Assembly (NCBI GenBank): GCA_963788195.1
Contig: CAWBGA010000002.1
Location: forward strand, 170,543 to 234,542
Reading direction: 5' to 3'
DNA: 64,000 nt
From: Nitrospirota bacterium
GTDB taxonomy: Bacteria > Nitrospirota > Nitrospiria > Nitrospirales > NS-4
Positions 1-12,680 of the stretch are shown in pieces. The notes under the pieces were generated by a model, which did no database searches, was not told the DNA's origin, and worked only from the letters and a program-made list of their open reading frames with translations. The translations under genes and the position numbers were made by a program. The stretch's first letter is position 1. Each line of letters opens with the position of its first letter.

Positions 1-3000
1 CCGAGGTTAAAACGATTGATCCGCAGGAACTTGTAGCCGTAAGCCTCCAGCACCAGCTGCCGCTCCACATGGCTCTGGACGGTAATACTGGTTCCACTGG
101 CCTTCGTGAATCCGCTTATGTTCTGTGAAGTGCTCGGCGAAGCCGTCGTACTCGATCACCACGTTTACCTTTCTTTCCTCACCGTGATAGCGCAGCAGTA
201 TGCAGTGAGCAATTGGCGCCGATAGAAAGTATCGAGCTGGCGCAAATTGCCGACAGGGAACTGCGCGATCACCTCCAAACGTTCTTCGTTCAGCTGATAG
301 AAGGGAGTCTTCTGTAGCCAGTCTAGCACCTTCCGCTCCATGGGCGAGGATGGATCAGTATCACCGGGATCCGGGAAGGGACGCTCCTTCAGCATGTGTG
401 TAAAATGCGCAAGCGCCCGCCCGATCGAGCCGCGAAATTGCTCCACCGGCTTCGAGAGCACGAAATGGATCGTCTCCTTTGCCCGAGAGAAACCAACGTT
501 AAGACGCTGCATTTTCAGCTTCTCCTCCGCCTGGTCAGCGGCCTCTTCCATATCTACTGGGAAGACATAGTTCAACACGTCGTGCTCACCAGTAGCCACC
601 ATCGAGTAGAAGATGATGTCACGCTCTTCACCCTGGCAGGTGTCGAAGGTCATGATTTTCAACTTGAGATCGGTCTCGAATTGCTGGGGCATTCAGATCG
701 CAACAAGATGCTAATTAGATATTGCTTGCTGCTTATGTAAAGGCGTTACCACCATACTTGCTCCACCATCGTCGAGTCCCGGGAGGCAGTTGGCCCAGGG
801 CATTAAATGTTGCGCATTGTCCTTGCCGTCGTGCTCCAACAATGTGAAGCGAATCACCTCCTCAAGGGGCTTACCGCGCACCTTGATGGGCTTGTTGCCC
901 CTCGTAGAAGTGTATTGAAGAAGCCGCCACGAGCTCCGATACCCGCGGAAATGCTTGCGTAACATATCGTTGTAAGAGGCGATCAGGTCAAAAAACTCCA
1001 GGATCGACTTCTTTACGTCGAAGTGCTTGAGTCGCTGGATCTTGTCGGCCGCAGGCGATATGCGCGCCCGAAAGTAAAGCCTCGGTTTCAGTGAGGTAGC
1101 TTGTGTTGAGCAGGTTGCTCGCTTGAGCGGACTTAACGTTCGAGAATTGCTTTCTATCGCCGAATACTACCATCTTTTTTAGCCTGCGGAACAGCGCCGG
1201 GAAAGCCTGTGCTACAGAGACCTGGCTCTCCGGCCCCTTGTCCATCACAACCACATCGAAGAGCTTAAGCTTTAGCGGCACGTACTCAGCAACTTCCGAA
1301 TGCCGGCCTTATGATACAAGGGAATGCCTGTTTTAGGCTGTCAGAACTATCCTGTGGAGTAACTGCTGCTTAGCACGGATGACCCCGCCGAGGGTAATCG
1401 TGGTCGCGCGGGAGTTATCAATAAACTCGATGAAGCGCTGTTGATCTTGTGAGTCATTTGGGAGGTGTACAATTGTTCGAGTTTGGCCTTCTCACCAACA
1501 TAGTCAAGCGCGGGGGCGGAGTTGATTAAGCCCTTCACCTTTGCCCAAGACTCCGCATACCTGACGGCGCGACGGAGGAAGGAAAAAGAGCTGGAATTGT
1601 CCGCAACGGTGGGTTGCCCGAGGCGAGTGCCACACCGTCTGTACCCGCATCCGGTCCCACAACTGCCAGATAGGCTTTTAGAAATTGATTCACCTCAGTC
1701 AAGCCTTGCGGAAGGGTCTCGGTGGAGAGCAGCAGCCTGTAAATTCTTTTCACCATCCTCCGCAGGGAGCCCCGCTCTCTGTGAGCACCTGACGGATGCG
1801 TGCTAGCACCAAAAGTACGGCTCGCATATCTGAGAGACGCCGGTGCAGGTCAAGGGGGTTTGGACATGGCATTACCTGGGCAAGCCGGGTGGTGACGGCT
1901 CTTACCTTAACCCTACGGAACAAATATCCGAAGAGAGGCATGCGCAATGCCTCGTACTCAGCGATAAATGCCGCGAAGCAGTGCTTCGTGGTGTGGCCCG
2001 AGGGCGGTGAAAGAGCGTGAGTGCAGTGCGCTGGTCCCGAAGGTCGACGATACTCTGCAGAGCCAGGTACCGCTGGACCGTCATGCATAGCTGACCCACA
2101 CTGACACGCTCGAAGCGTTCGGAAAGCCAGGCGATCCCAGTCCTGGACGCTGCGCAATCGAGTACTGCTGCGGCCTGTATTAGTGTTGGCAGTCGAACCG
2201 CCGTCCCCCTAAGCTCCTGCAGCCGCATCGAATAGGCTGGCAACTGTTCCTCGATCTCTTGCTCCAAGAGGTGCAGCTCTTCCACCTCTGATAGCTTTAC
2301 CTCGCCATAAGCATGGATGGTCTGCTGGATTGCTCCCTTGAGCCGGTCACGGGAAGCAAGGATCTCTGCTTCCAGTCGTCCAGCGTTTGGGCGGTGGGCG
2401 CGGTACTGCTGGCGTATGCGTTCCTGAGAGGCCTGGGAGATGAGTCGTGTGTAACTGCCGCCAATGCGACCCAACCGCAAGATCGGGTTCGGGAAGTCGT
2501 CCCCGTGGCGTACTGTGGAGAGTGCTATTTCCAGTTTGTCTTGCACAACATCCAGCAGCCTCTTGCTTGTCCGAGAGAATCAAAAGGTTCTTGCCGTGCA
2601 AAATGCAGTCGAAGGCAATCGCTGTAATGGTGTGGCTTTTACCCGTCCCAGGCGGGCCTTGGATGACGACGTAGTGGCAGTCTTCGTCGCGCAGCGCGAG
2701 GAGAATCTTACGTTGTTCTTCGTTCACCGGGATCGGGGAGACCGCCATTAGCCGCTCAGGCACCGGTGTGGCTTCCCACTGATCATCGATGCTTTGCCGT
2801 ATGCTCTTTGGGTCGTTTTGTACGAAGCCATCGATGATTGTGCTGAAAAGGTCACTAGCGGCTTGCTGGTCGTCATTTACCACGGCGAGCAGTGCTTCAT
2901 AGTCGTTAAGCAGCGCTTCGTCTGATTTGTCAAACACAGCGAAATAGGCAGTATTTTTGAGCTTCAGTGACGCGTTGGATGCGACCTGCAAGCGTGACTG

Positions 3001-4081
3001 TCGTACGTCTAGATCTCCCGCTAGATCAAGGGCGGGCAGCAATGTACTGAGCACCCGTTCGATCTCCACGATAAACGATTGGTTCTCACCGATGTAGACG
3101 ATGCGTTCGTTCACCGGGGAGATTGGTAGTCGTTTCGCCTCGCCACGGAACTCCTGGAGAACGAAGTCGACTGCTCGCTTATTCACGAACAGATGGGGGT
3201 CGAAGTCCAGCACGTAATCGCCGCGTTGCTCGTCATAAGTCGACGGTCGTCGGGACGTAGAAAAGCGGATACGTCGAGGTGCCAAAGCGCAGCTCGCACA
3301 AGTATAGATAGAACTGTAGGTTGTCCGCGGTGCGAGTGAAATTAAGTAAGTCGCGAAGCTCCTGAAAGGCGTCAGCCGTAGCGAAATCATCGAAGAAGGC
3401 GATGATACGCATCCTTGGCCTCCTTCTCGCCGAAGAACTCTTCCATGACAGCGCGTGCCGGCTCGAGATTCTCCTTTCACCACATAGGTGTTAAGCGTAG
3501 TAGGAAGCTGTTCAATCGCGGCGGCAGTGAGTGCGTCTACGAGATCGGTCTCCACTTCGTAGACTGACTCGATTGCCGGAATAGGACGTTGCTGGAGGAA
3601 TGGCCCTTCGAGTAGCGACAGAATGGGCCGCACGATTCGCTCTCCCACAGCTTCGACGAAGGCGAGTTGCACATCCTCAACGTATTTCTCTTGATCCTCA
3701 GCAGCCTTTACGCGGATGCCTCTCGAATAGTCTGCGGTGACCGAGCGGACTTCGGCAAAACTCTGAGTGGGCAGTGTGTCGACATGCTGACGGATCAGAT
3801 CGCGCAGGATCGGGCTGATGAGCGCGGTGTAGTGCCTGCGCGGCAGCCGCAGGTGTGAGCCCTTTAGCCACAGTCAGATTGCAGAGCGCCCATACCTCAT
3901 CAGAGAGGCGTGGGTACTTGCGCAGGGCCATTCCGCTGCGGAAGCCAGTATCGGTTTTTAGTTGGATACGCCGGCGCGGGGCTTGCTGACGCTTAAAGTC
4001 GGTCTCCAGGAAGTCTAGAAAGTATCGGCAGACCTTCTGCGAGAACTCTTTGAGCGCAGGTCCTGCAACTGGTTTTTCCAT
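1..4081 (-). pseudogene. Large SF1 (Upf1-like) helicase with C-terminal Vsr/DUF559-like endonuclease, broken into about 10 fragments; runs off the window's left edge
   Basis: Fragments carry Walker A QGPPGTGKS, damaged Walker B FDVVVMD, GDRKQF, TFDTCQGEERD and RLNVGFSRAK. Reverse complement of 1-170 reads VNVVIEYDGFAEHF...ERQLVLEAYGYKFLRINRF. Confidence 0.75.
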
Positions 4082-4512
4082 ACCGTGGCCGGTCCTCTTT
4101 GATCCTCGTGGCGTTCCAGCTACCAGCCTTTTCTCAACACTCCCCCTTTTAGGGTATTTTGTTAAGCTAGATTATGTCAATCCTTTTCCCGACAGGGCGT
4201 CCGTGGTGTTGCATTTCTTATATACGACTGATGCCCCCTTCATATCTCCTCGTGCAGATTCTACTGAAGCGAAGGCGATCACTTTTTGTAGCACAGCATG
4301 TATTGTCCCCTGAGATCGCCGGTTCTTCTTGTTGTTCAGAGACTTACCTGTGTGATGTGCTAGCTTGGGGTAAAACAGAGGCGAACACAAGACTATCCGG
4401 TAAACTGGAGCGGGGCGACCCGCCATGAGGCGCGCAGTGAACAAATAACCGTTGTCTATGTGGTGACTGACACTGGCTTGCGCCATGGCGGCTTCTCGGC
4501 AATAATGGGAAC

Positions 4513-5025
4513 ATGCCCAGAAAAATCATTCTCTCGCGGATCTGGAGTCTTCTCTTCCTTCTCGCCCTCCTTGGTGGGTGCACAGCCTATAAGCACCAGG
4601 CTCTCCATCGATGAGGCGCTCGCCCGTGGTGGCTGGGACCGCCACTGTAGAGGGAAAAGTGAGTATCATATCTAAATACGGTGAGGTGCAAACAGGAGCG
4701 GATTCGACCGTCTATTTGGTTCCCGTGACGGCCTATGCCACGGAGTGGTTTGACCATTACGTCGTGCAGCAGCAGAAAATTGACGGCAAGGATCCCCGGT
4801 CCTTTGCGTCAGCGCATGCCGCGGTCGTGGATTACGACGGGCATTTCGAGTTTCAATCCATCCCGCCCGGCGCCTACTATGTCACCTGCAACGTGCACTA
4901 CCCGCTTCGCCGGCCGGAAAATAGGCCGCTTCAACTTCAGCTTGCGTACGGTGGAGACCGTCGAGGCCTATGCCAAGATTCATGTTGCGGCAGGCGGGAA
5001 GGCTGAAGTCCTCGTGACTCGTTAA
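4513..5025 (+). CDS. Putative lipoprotein with carboxypeptidase-regulatory-like beta domain (2 frameshifts)
   Basis: MPRKIILSRIWSLLFLLALLGGC lipobox, followed by DYDGHFEFQSIPPGAYYV in another frame. Confidence 0.5.
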
Positions 5026-5104
5026 TATATTTAGTGTTATTATACCTAGTAATGTAATATATAGGGATGAAACCTAATGGGGTATTTCTTGGGACAAAGT
5101 CATA

Positions 5105-6850
5105 ATGCCCCAGGCCGACCTATCCGTCGAAACGACTCCGTCTGCATCGCCTAGTGACGTAACGACCCTTAATTCTACAAACCGCTCCCAATTAATCCTT
5201 TTACAAGTTCTCATCACGGTGGTGCTGTGCTACCAACTGCTGTTCAGCAAAGAGGCGCTGATCAGCTTCCAGGCCAAAGAGATCATAGTGGCGGGTCTGG
5301 CGCTGTTGCTCTGTGGTCTCCTCCTCATTCCCGCCCGGCTATGGGTGGCACACTGGCTGATAGGCGTCGTGGTCATCAGCGACACGATCGTGACCACCTG
5401 CATTATCTATCTCTCGGGAAACGCGGCGTCTGACCTGTATCTGACCTACTTTTTGATCATCCTTCTCGCTGCGTTCAGTCCGACGTTGAAGCAAATGCTC
5501 GGCCTTTCAGTGATTCTGGCCCTCATCTATGGATTGATGCTGTATCTGGGCTCGGGCAGTTCAGCACCTATAATGGAGGGCCAGCTTCTTCGCATCCCGG
5601 TCCTGTTGATCTTCGCGACCTTCTATGGAGTGGCCGCCGAGCGCGTGCGTACGGACATGGGAAAAAGGGTGTCCCTTGAGGACCAGCTCCGCCAAGCCCA
5701 AAAGCTGGAAGCGATCGGAAGGCTTGCGGGAGGCATCGCCCATGACTTTAACAATATCCTCACCGCCATCATGGGCTATAGCGCGCTGTTACAGGCCGGA
5801 CTTGATGGCCACGATCCCAAGGCCCAGGAAGTCGAAGAAATCAAGAAGGCGGTGCGCCGTGCGTCAGCGCTCATTCAGCAGTTGCTGGCTTTCAGCCGCC
5901 GCCAGTTGCTGCAGATACAGGTCTTGGACCTGAACTCTGTGGTGCTGGACATTCAACCGCTGCTGCAACGGCTGATCGGCGAGGATATCGAACTAATCGT
6001 TCTGACCACCTCGTCGCTCGGGCACGTGAAATCAGATCCCGGTCAGATCGAGCAGGTTCTAATGAACCTCGCCCTTAACGCCCGCGATGCGATGCCGCAG
6101 GGCGGGAAACTCACCATCCAGACCATGAACCTCATGTTCGATGAAGCATTCGCCCGCAGGCACCTGCTACCGTACCCCGGACCATACGTCATGCTATCGA
6201 TCACGGATACCGGCGAGGGCATGGACGAGGAGACCCTCGCGCACATCTTCGAGCCTTTTTTTACGACGAAGGAGCAAGGCAAGGGCACAGGCCTGGGCCT
6301 CGCCACCGTCTATGGAATTGTGAAGCAGAGCGGGGGCACGATCTCCGTCTACAGCAAGCCTGGAAAGGGCACTACGTGCAAAATCTATCTGCCCCGGGTT
6401 GATGACCCCGTGCTGCCAATGGAGAACGCAATGCCGCTGTTTCACCCCCCACAGGGCTCGGAGACCATTCTGCTGGTGGAAGATGAAGACTCCGTGCGAG
6501 AACCCGTGCGACAGGTGCTGCAGCGGATTGGATACACGATTCTGGAAGCCCGCCAGGGTGACGAGGCGCTCACGATTTGCAAACGTCACGAAGGTGAGAT
6601 CTCTCTGCTCGTGACGGACGTGGTCATGCCGCGGATGGGCGGGCGCGAGTTGGCCGAACACATGGTGCCCATGCACCCCAAGATGAAGGTCCTTTACCTG
6701 TCTGGGTATACGGACGATGCGGTCCTCCGCCACGGCGTCAGAGAATCGATAACTGCCTTCCTGCAAAAGCCATTCACTCCGGAGGCCTTGGCGCGTAAGG
6801 TCCGGGAGGTGCTTGACTCGGGACATGCCTCTCAGAAGGTTGTCCGGTGA
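5105..6850 (+). CDS. Membrane hybrid sensor histidine kinase/response regulator (CckA-like)
   Basis: N-terminal TM helices, H-box [10 protein letters not shown]-boxes DTGEGM/GTGLGL, C-terminal receiver (LLVED, DVVMP, KPF). Confidence 0.93.
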   Translation: MPQADLSVETTPSASPSDVTTLNSTNRSQLILLQVLITVVLCYQLLFSKEALISFQAKEIIVAGLALLLCGLLLIPARLWVAHWLIGVVVISDTIVTTCIIYLSGNAASDLYLTYFLIILLAAFSPTLKQMLGLSVILALIYGLMLYLGSGSSAPIMEGQLLRIPVLLIFATFYGVAAERVRTDMGKRVSLEDQLRQAQKLEAIGRLAGGIAHDFNNILTAIMGYSALLQAGLDGHDPKAQEVEEIKKAVRRASALIQQLLAFSRRQLLQIQVLDLNSVVLDIQPLLQRLIGEDIELIVLTTSSLGHVKSDPGQIEQVLMNLALNARDAMPQGGKLTIQTMNLMFDEAFARRHLLPYPGPYVMLSITDTGEGMDEETLAHIFEPFFTTKEQGKGTGLGLATVYGIVKQSGGTISVYSKPGKGTTCKIYLPRVDDPVLPMENAMPLFHPPQGSETILLVEDEDSVREPVRQVLQRIGYTILEARQGDEALTICKRHEGEISLLVTDVVMPRMGGRELAEHMVPMHPKMKVLYLSGYTDDAVLRHGVRESITAFLQKPFTPEALARKVREVLDSGHASQKVVR

Positions 6851-6919
6851 TCGCTTGATGATCTTCCCGCTATCGTGCTATTGTTAGCAGATTATTGACC
6901 CGTCAGAGTACCCTGAACA

Positions 6920-7864
6920 ATGAAGATCTATCTTGCCAATCCAAGGGGCTTTTGTGCCGGTGTGGACCGCGCCATAGAGATCGTGGAGCTGTCGCTCAAG
7001 GCGTACGGGGCTCCCATCTATGTGCGACATGAGATCGTCCACAGCCGCCACGTCGTGAATTCCCTGAAGCTTAAGGGCGCCGTATTCGTCGAAGAGTTAA
7101 ATGCGGTGCCTGATGGACAGACGGTCATTTTCAGCGCACATGGGGTAGCCAAGGGAGTCTGGGAGGAAGCCAGCCGCCGCAATCTAAAGGTGATCGACGC
7201 GACGTGTCCCCTGGTGATCAAGGTTCATAATGAAGTGAACCGCGACTACCGACAAGGCTATGAGTTGATTCTTATCGGCCATGACGGCCACCCGGAAGTC
7301 ATCGGGACGCTGGGTCAGGTGCCGGACAAGTTCCACCTCGTGAGTTCCGTGGAAGATGTGGAGCGATTGCAGGTAGAGCGCTCCGAACAACTCTCCTATG
7401 TGACGCAAACGACCTTGAGCGTGGATGAATGCCGGGATATTGTCGCCGCGCTGCATAAGCGATTCCCGACCATCAAAGGCCCCCATCAGGAAGACATTTG
7501 CTACGCGACTCAAAACCGTCAAAACGCCGTGAAGAAACTGACGGAGCTGGTGGATGTCATTCTCGTCATCGGCTCGCCGAATAGTTCGAACTCGAATCGC
7601 CTGCGCGAATTGGGCGAGCATTGCGGCATCCCCTCCTATCTCATTGACTCGACCAGCGACATCAACCCGGCCTGGCTTGTGGACATTAGGGCCGTCGGCA
7701 TCTCCGCCGGCGCTTCTGCGCCCGAGGTATTGGTGGCGGAGGTGGTCGACTACCTAAAGGCTCACGGCGGCGAGGTTGTTGAAGAGGTCACGGTCATTGA
7801 AGAGGATGTGGAGTTTCTGTTGCCCAAGGAGTTGATTTCCGCTGCCGATATCAGCCGCCCCTGA
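6920..7864 (+). CDS. ispH: 4-hydroxy-3-methylbut-2-enyl diphosphate reductase
   Basis: [31 protein letters not shown] motifs. Confidence 0.97.
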   Translation: MKIYLANPRGFCAGVDRAIEIVELSLKAYGAPIYVRHEIVHSRHVVNSLKLKGAVFVEELNAVPDGQTVIFSAHGVAKGVWEEASRRNLKVIDATCPLVIKVHNEVNRDYRQGYELILIGHDGHPEVIGTLGQVPDKFHLVSSVEDVERLQVERSEQLSYVTQTTLSVDECRDIVAALHKRFPTIKGPHQEDICYATQNRQNAVKKLTELVDVILVIGSPNSSNSNRLRELGEHCGIPSYLIDSTSDINPAWLVDIRAVGISAGASAPEVLVAEVVDYLKAHGGEVVEEVTVIEEDVEFLLPKELISAADISRP

Positions 7865-7877
7865 AGGAACGCATCGC

Positions 7878-8582
7878 GTGAAGCCCCGCAAGCAGAGGGG
7901 GCGCGCCCCCGGTACCCATATCCCTGTTCTTCCCGCGCAAAAGCGAAAGTTTCGTGGCCGCCTGCTGAAGTGGTACACGCAACACGGCCGCGATCTCCCG
8001 TGGCGCCGTACTCGCGACCCCTATCACATCCTGGTCTCCGAAATGATGCTCCAGCAGACCCAAGTGGACCGGGTGGTGCCGAAGTATCACGAATGGCTCG
8101 TCAAGTATCCGACGATGGAACACCTCGCCGAAGCGCCGCTGGAAGAGGTCAAGAAAACCTGGTACCCCCTCGGATACAATGTCCGTCCCATCAGGCTCCA
8201 CAGCATCGCTTGCGAGTCGGTCGCCCGTTACGGAGGTTCCCTCCCGCGCGCCCATGAGGAGTTGCTCGCGTTTAAGGGCATCGGCCGCTACACGGCCGGC
8301 GCCATCCGATCATTTGCATTCCATGAAGATGCACCCATCCTTGATACCAACGTCCGAAGGGTGTTGCACCGCATCTTCGTTGGACAAGCGCAGGCAAAGG
8401 AAACACACAGCCAGGCCCTGTGGGAGCTCTCGCAAGCGCTGATCCCCAAAGGGCAGTGCTATGATTTCAACCAGGCCATGATGGACTTTGGGGCGACCCT
8501 GTGCACGGCGCGCGATCCCTACTGCCTGCTTTGCCCGATGAAGGATTTTTGCAAGACCTATCCGTTCGACGGGCGCCGGTGA
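7878..8582 (+). CDS. mutY: A/G-specific adenine glycosylase (HhH-GPD plus FeS cluster, no C-terminal MutT-like domain)
   Basis: RDLPWR, SEMMLQQT, GIGRYTA, DTNV, C-x6-C-x2-C-x5-C. Confidence 0.88.
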   Translation: MKPRKQRGRAPGTHIPVLPAQKRKFRGRLLKWYTQHGRDLPWRRTRDPYHILVSEMMLQQTQVDRVVPKYHEWLVKYPTMEHLAEAPLEEVKKTWYPLGYNVRPIRLHSIACESVARYGGSLPRAHEELLAFKGIGRYTAGAIRSFAFHEDAPILDTNVRRVLHRIFVGQAQAKETHSQALWELSQALIPKGQCYDFNQAMMDFGATLCTARDPYCLLCPMKDFCKTYPFDGRR

Positions 8583-8977
8583 ACACGGCTGCGGCAATTC
8601 AGGTCGCGGCCGCCGTCATCTGCTGCGATGGACGCTATCTGATCACCCGCCGCAAACCCGGTACTCACCTGGAGGGTTTGTGGGAGTTCCCCGGGGGCAA
8701 GCGCGAACCCGGTGAGACGCTTGAGGACTGCCTGCGGCGAGAACTTCGTGAGGAGCTGGGGGTCGAGATCTCCGAGCCGGTACTGTACCAGGCTGTGCGG
8801 CATGACTATCCGGAAAAGTCTGTCGAACTGCATTTTTTCCGGTGCAGGATTGAACCTGAGGGTGTGCAATTGCTCGAGGGCGCCGACCTCAAGTGGGTGC
8901 CTGCGGAGCAACTAGATTCATTCGCCTTCCCCGCGGCCGATCGGCAGCTTGTCGAAGCATTACAAAACGGAATGTGA
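8579..8977 (+). CDS. mutT: 8-oxo-dGTP diphosphatase (Nudix)
   Basis: WEFPGGKREPGETLEDCLRRELREELG Nudix box; GTGA overlap with mutY stop. Confidence 0.85.
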   Translation: MNTAAAIQVAAAVICCDGRYLITRRKPGTHLEGLWEFPGGKREPGETLEDCLRRELREELGVEISEPVLYQAVRHDYPEKSVELHFFRCRIEPEGVQLLEGADLKWVPAEQLDSFAFPAADRQLVEALQNGM

Positions 8978-8992
8978 GAGTCCTCGTTTACG

Positions 8993-9608
8993 ATGCGATT
9001 TCCTCTCGATGCGAAGCTCAAGGACGGGACGCCGATTCAGCTGGTGTTGGCGGGTCGAGGTGATCGAGAACCCCTGCACGACCTCTATCGGGTCATTGTC
9101 GAGGAAGGGGGCTCCTATCCGCATGATCGCGTGCCCAATCTCGAGGAGTTTGAAGAGTACTGGTTTCGTGGGACGAGCACTGTGGCGGCGTATCGCATAG
9201 ACGCGCAAGCGGAAGGCGCCATCGGCGCCTTCTATCTGAAGCCGAATTGGCCCGGGTCGGGCCAGGCATGTGGCCAACGCCGGCTTTATCGTGGCTCCTG
9301 CATGGCGAAACAAAGGGCTGGGGTGGCTGCTTGGAGCGGTGATGCTCGACTATGCACGCGATCTTGGATACCGAAGCGTTCTGTTTAATCTCGTCTTTTC
9401 GGAGAACCTGCCGGCACGACATTTATGGAAAAAACTAGGTTTCGTTGAGCTGGCCGCGATCCCGAACGCCGTGCGCAAAAATGATGGAACCTGCCAGGAG
9501 GCGATTATCATGTTCCGGTCGCTGGGACGGGAAGGGGGTCAGGCTTCTTTTCTGAACAGAGATAGCTCGGTCACGGCAAAAGCAGAAAAGATGCCTGACC
9601 CCTTATGA
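8993..9608 (+). CDS. GNAT N-acetyltransferase (frameshift ~9265)
   Basis: LKPNWPG..HVANAGFIV..RNKGLG..FNLVFSEN..LWKKLGF. Confidence 0.85.
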
Positions 9609-9618
9609 AAGATCGAGC

Positions 9619-10311
9619 ATGAAAGTTGTACTCGACATCGAGACGATCCAATGTTCCAAGGAGGAGTGGGCCCGGTTGAAGGGCATCGCCCTTCTCTATG
9701 AAGAGGACCCTCCGGACCTGTTGACCGCAGGGGAAGCCGCGGAACAGGACAAGGAATACGAAAAATCCTGCTTCGACTCCACCTTCTGTCAAATCGTCTG
9801 CATCGGCGGGATCATTCTGAACGATGCGTTCGAGCCGCAGGAGACCATAGCCTGGTATGGCTCCAACGAGCGGGAGTTGCTTCGGCAGTTCTGGGCGCGG
9901 ATCGGACAGCTCCGGCCGTCGCTGTTCATCACTCACAACGGCCTTGGCTTTGATCTCCCGGTTCTAAGAAACCGGTCCATTATTCAACGGGTGAAGCCGT
10001 CGGTGGATATCAGCTTAGCCAAGTACCGCACCGAGCCCGTCTTCGATACGCTCGCGGTCTGGTCCAATTGGGAAATGCGTGGAAGAATCAAACTCGATGT
10101 GTTGGCCAGAGTGCTGGGGTGCGAAACAAAGTCCGGTTCGGGGAATCAAGTGGCCGAGATGTGGAAGGCCGGACGAGGGAAAGACATCGCAGAGTATTGT
10201 GTTCGTGACTGCTACGTGACCTACGCCTGCTACTCCAGAATGAACTTCCGCGAGCCTCTGGATCCTGAGAAAGTGCTGTCTAGCCCCAACCTGATTGAAG
10301 TGGCGGGATAA
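9619..10311 (+). CDS. Stand-alone PolB-like DEDD 3'-5' exonuclease
   Basis: ExoI VLDIET, ExoII HNGLGFDLP, ExoIII YCVRD. Confidence 0.85.
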   Translation: MKVVLDIETIQCSKEEWARLKGIALLYEEDPPDLLTAGEAAEQDKEYEKSCFDSTFCQIVCIGGIILNDAFEPQETIAWYGSNERELLRQFWARIGQLRPSLFITHNGLGFDLPVLRNRSIIQRVKPSVDISLAKYRTEPVFDTLAVWSNWEMRGRIKLDVLARVLGCETKSGSGNQVAEMWKAGRGKDIAEYCVRDCYVTYACYSRMNFREPLDPEKVLSSPNLIEVAG

Positions 10312-10341
10312 GACAAACTGCGCTCAGAGTGACGAGGAAGG

Positions 10342-10623
10342 CTAGGTTGTCCGCTGCGGGAAGACCTGCATGAAGGGATGGATTTCGTAGCGGGCGAAGA
10401 CGCCCTCCGTGACGTACGGATCGTCTTTGAGAAAGGCTTGGACCTCTTCCAGAGAAGTCATATCTAGCACGATGAGGCTTCCGGCTTTATCGGTGAACGG
10501 CCCGGCCAGCAGCACCTTTCCGGCCTTATCCAAAGGATCCATTCTATCGAGGTGGGCCTGGCGATGTACCTTCCGTTTTTCCTGGCCATCGGCCCCGTCA
10601 TGGCCGATGATGACGAAAATCAT
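10342..10623 (-). CDS. YciI family protein
   Basis: R..HL..., LLAGPF, GSLIV, DDPYVTEGVF. Confidence 0.88.
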   Translation of the reverse strand: MIFVIIGHDGADGQEKRKVHRQAHLDRMDPLDKAGKVLLAGPFTDKAGSLIVLDMTSLEEVQAFLKDDPYVTEGVFARYEIHPFMQVFPQRTT

Positions 10624-11018
10624 GCATCCTCGGTAAGCGACTCGATGGGTTGGCGCCCGGTATAGCCATCCTCGATTTCGTGCCAGTAACCGATCTCCGA
10701 TTCCCCCAATTTCCAGCAGAGATACACCACTCTGCCATCGTAAAGATAGGGGAAATCGCACAGCCCGACGTCCAAATCCTTTACTAAAACGCCCATTTCC
10801 TGGATCGCTTCGACGCTGTCACTGATACGCTCGAGGGCCCGTATATAGCGTGGCCCCGCGAAGCTACCACCGTTCATTTGGGCTTTCGCGCTGGCTCGCT
10901 TGACCTCTCCGTGACTGCGGACGAGGACCTCTTTTTCCTGTTTGACAGCGAGCAACCGCTCCTCAAGTTGAGGAAGCAGCTGTTTGGCCTCGGCGAGTGT
11001 AAAGGTGCGTTCGTCCAT
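10620..11018 (-). CDS. DUF2203 family protein
   Basis: FTLAEA..LLP, VKDLDVGLCDFP, YLCWKLGE..YWH..GYTGRQP. Confidence 0.85.
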   Translation of the reverse strand: MDERTFTLAEAKQLLPQLEERLLAVKQEKEVLVRSHGEVKRASAKAQMNGGSFAGPRYIRALERISDSVEAIQEMGVLVKDLDVGLCDFPYLYDGRVVYLCWKLGESEIGYWHEIEDGYTGRQPIESLTEDA

Positions 11019-11106
11019 GGAATGCCGTATGATAGCAAGGGGAAATCAAGATCGTCAAACATGGCCGTGCCTGCCGGGGGAATACAGATCGCCAGGAAGA
11101 AAGTCA

Positions 11107-11135
11107 TTGACACGAGAACTGGCGCAAGCTATCCT
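11107..11135 (+). promoter_or_regulatory. Sigma70-type promoter for rho, giving a ~230-nt leader
   Basis: TTGACA-17 bp-TATCCT. Confidence 0.55.
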
Positions 11136-11374
11136 ATGTTCTGTATTTGGCTTGTTTAGCCAACCACCTCCGTGATTTTCCCCGGGTTTTTTCTCAAGGA
11201 AATCATGCAATGACCACCCGGTAGAGGGTTCATAGCTTTGTGATGCATGAATAGCTCAGTGCCTAGCGCGTGAATCGTTCTTCACATCACCAAATGCGAA
11301 ATATCCCATCGGCGTCCACGCACAGTACTGAAGGCTGCAATTTCGATAACGTGACTTAAGGAGGAAGGCCCCCG

Positions 11375-12673
11375 ATGACCCCTACTACCCCTGCAAGCCC
11401 TGCCCCCCCGGCGAAGGACACCGTGATGTATTTGACCCAACTAAAACAGCGAAATATCACCGAACTCAACGAGGTCGCCAAAGATCTCAAGATCGAGGGC
11501 GCGGCGAACCTTCGCAAGCAGGAACTGATATTCGCGATCCTTCAAGCGCAAACCGAAAAGAACGGCGTGATCTACGGGGAAGGCGTATTGGAAACCCTTC
11601 CTGATGGTTTCGGCTTTTTGCGGGCGCCCGATTCCAACTACCTCCCGGGACCGGACGACATTTATATTTCCCCATCTCAGATCCGGCGCTTCAACCTGAG
11701 AACGGGAGACATCGTGTCCGGGCAGATTCGTCCGCCCAAGGAAAGCGAGCGGTATTTTGCGCTGCTCAAGGTTGAAAAGATCAATTTCGAAGACCCCGAA
11801 GCTGCCAGGGACAAGATTCTTTTCGACAACTTAACGCCGCTGTATCCTGAGGAACGGATCAACCTGGAGCACGATCCGGGCGAGTACTGTACCCGGGTCA
11901 TGGAACTTACGACCCCCATCGGCAAGGGCCAGCGCGGTTTGATCGTCGCGGCCCCGCGCACCGGCAAGACCATGATGTTGCAGGCGATCGCGCGCGCGAT
12001 CATCAAGAATCATCCGGAAATCATTCTTATTGTATTGCTTATTGATGAGCGTCCCGAAGAGGTAACTGACTGGCAACGTCAGGTCAAGGCTGAGGTAATC
12101 AGTTCGACCTTCGACGAGCCCGCACAGCGCCACGCGCAGGTGGCCGAGATGGTCATCGAGAAAGCGAAACGGCTGGTAGAGCACAAGCGGGATGTCGTGA
12201 TCCTGCTCGACAGCATCACGCGACTGGCGCGGGCTTACAACACCATCGCCCCTCCGAGCGGCAAGGTGCTCTCAGGCGGTCTCGATTCGAACGCGCTTCA
12301 ACGTCCCAAACGCTTCTTCGGCGCCGCCCGTAACATCGAGGACGGGGGAAGCTTGACGATCATGGCCACAGCCCTGGTAGACACGGGCAGTCGCATGGAC
12401 GACGTGATCTTTGAAGAGTTTAAGGGAACCGGCAATATGGAAGTTCATCTGGACCGGCGACTGGCGGACAAGCGGGTCTTCCCGGCAATCGAAATTGCGT
12501 CCTCCGGCACCCGTAAGGAAGAGCTCCTGGTGGATCGCGAGCGGCTCAATAAGATGTGGATTCTGCGCAAGGTCTTAAGCCCTCTCGGCACCATGGAAGC
12601 CATGGAGTTCCTGCTGGACAAAATTTCAGGGACCAAGACGAACAAGGAGTTTCTGGATTCGATGAATCGGTAA
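11375..12673 (+). CDS. rho: Transcription termination factor Rho
   Basis: [37 protein letters not shown]. Confidence 0.98.
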   Translation: MTPTTPASPAPPAKDTVMYLTQLKQRNITELNEVAKDLKIEGAANLRKQELIFAILQAQTEKNGVIYGEGVLETLPDGFGFLRAPDSNYLPGPDDIYISPSQIRRFNLRTGDIVSGQIRPPKESERYFALLKVEKINFEDPEAARDKILFDNLTPLYPEERINLEHDPGEYCTRVMELTTPIGKGQRGLIVAAPRTGKTMMLQAIARAIIKNHPEIILIVLLIDERPEEVTDWQRQVKAEVISSTFDEPAQRHAQVAEMVIEKAKRLVEHKRDVVILLDSITRLARAYNTIAPPSGKVLSGGLDSNALQRPKRFFGAARNIEDGGSLTIMATALVDTGSRMDDVIFEEFKGTGNMEVHLDRRLADKRVFPAIEIASSGTRKEELLVDRERLNKMWILRKVLSPLGTMEAMEFLLDKISGTKTNKEFLDSMNR

Positions 12674-12680
12674 CCCCTCC

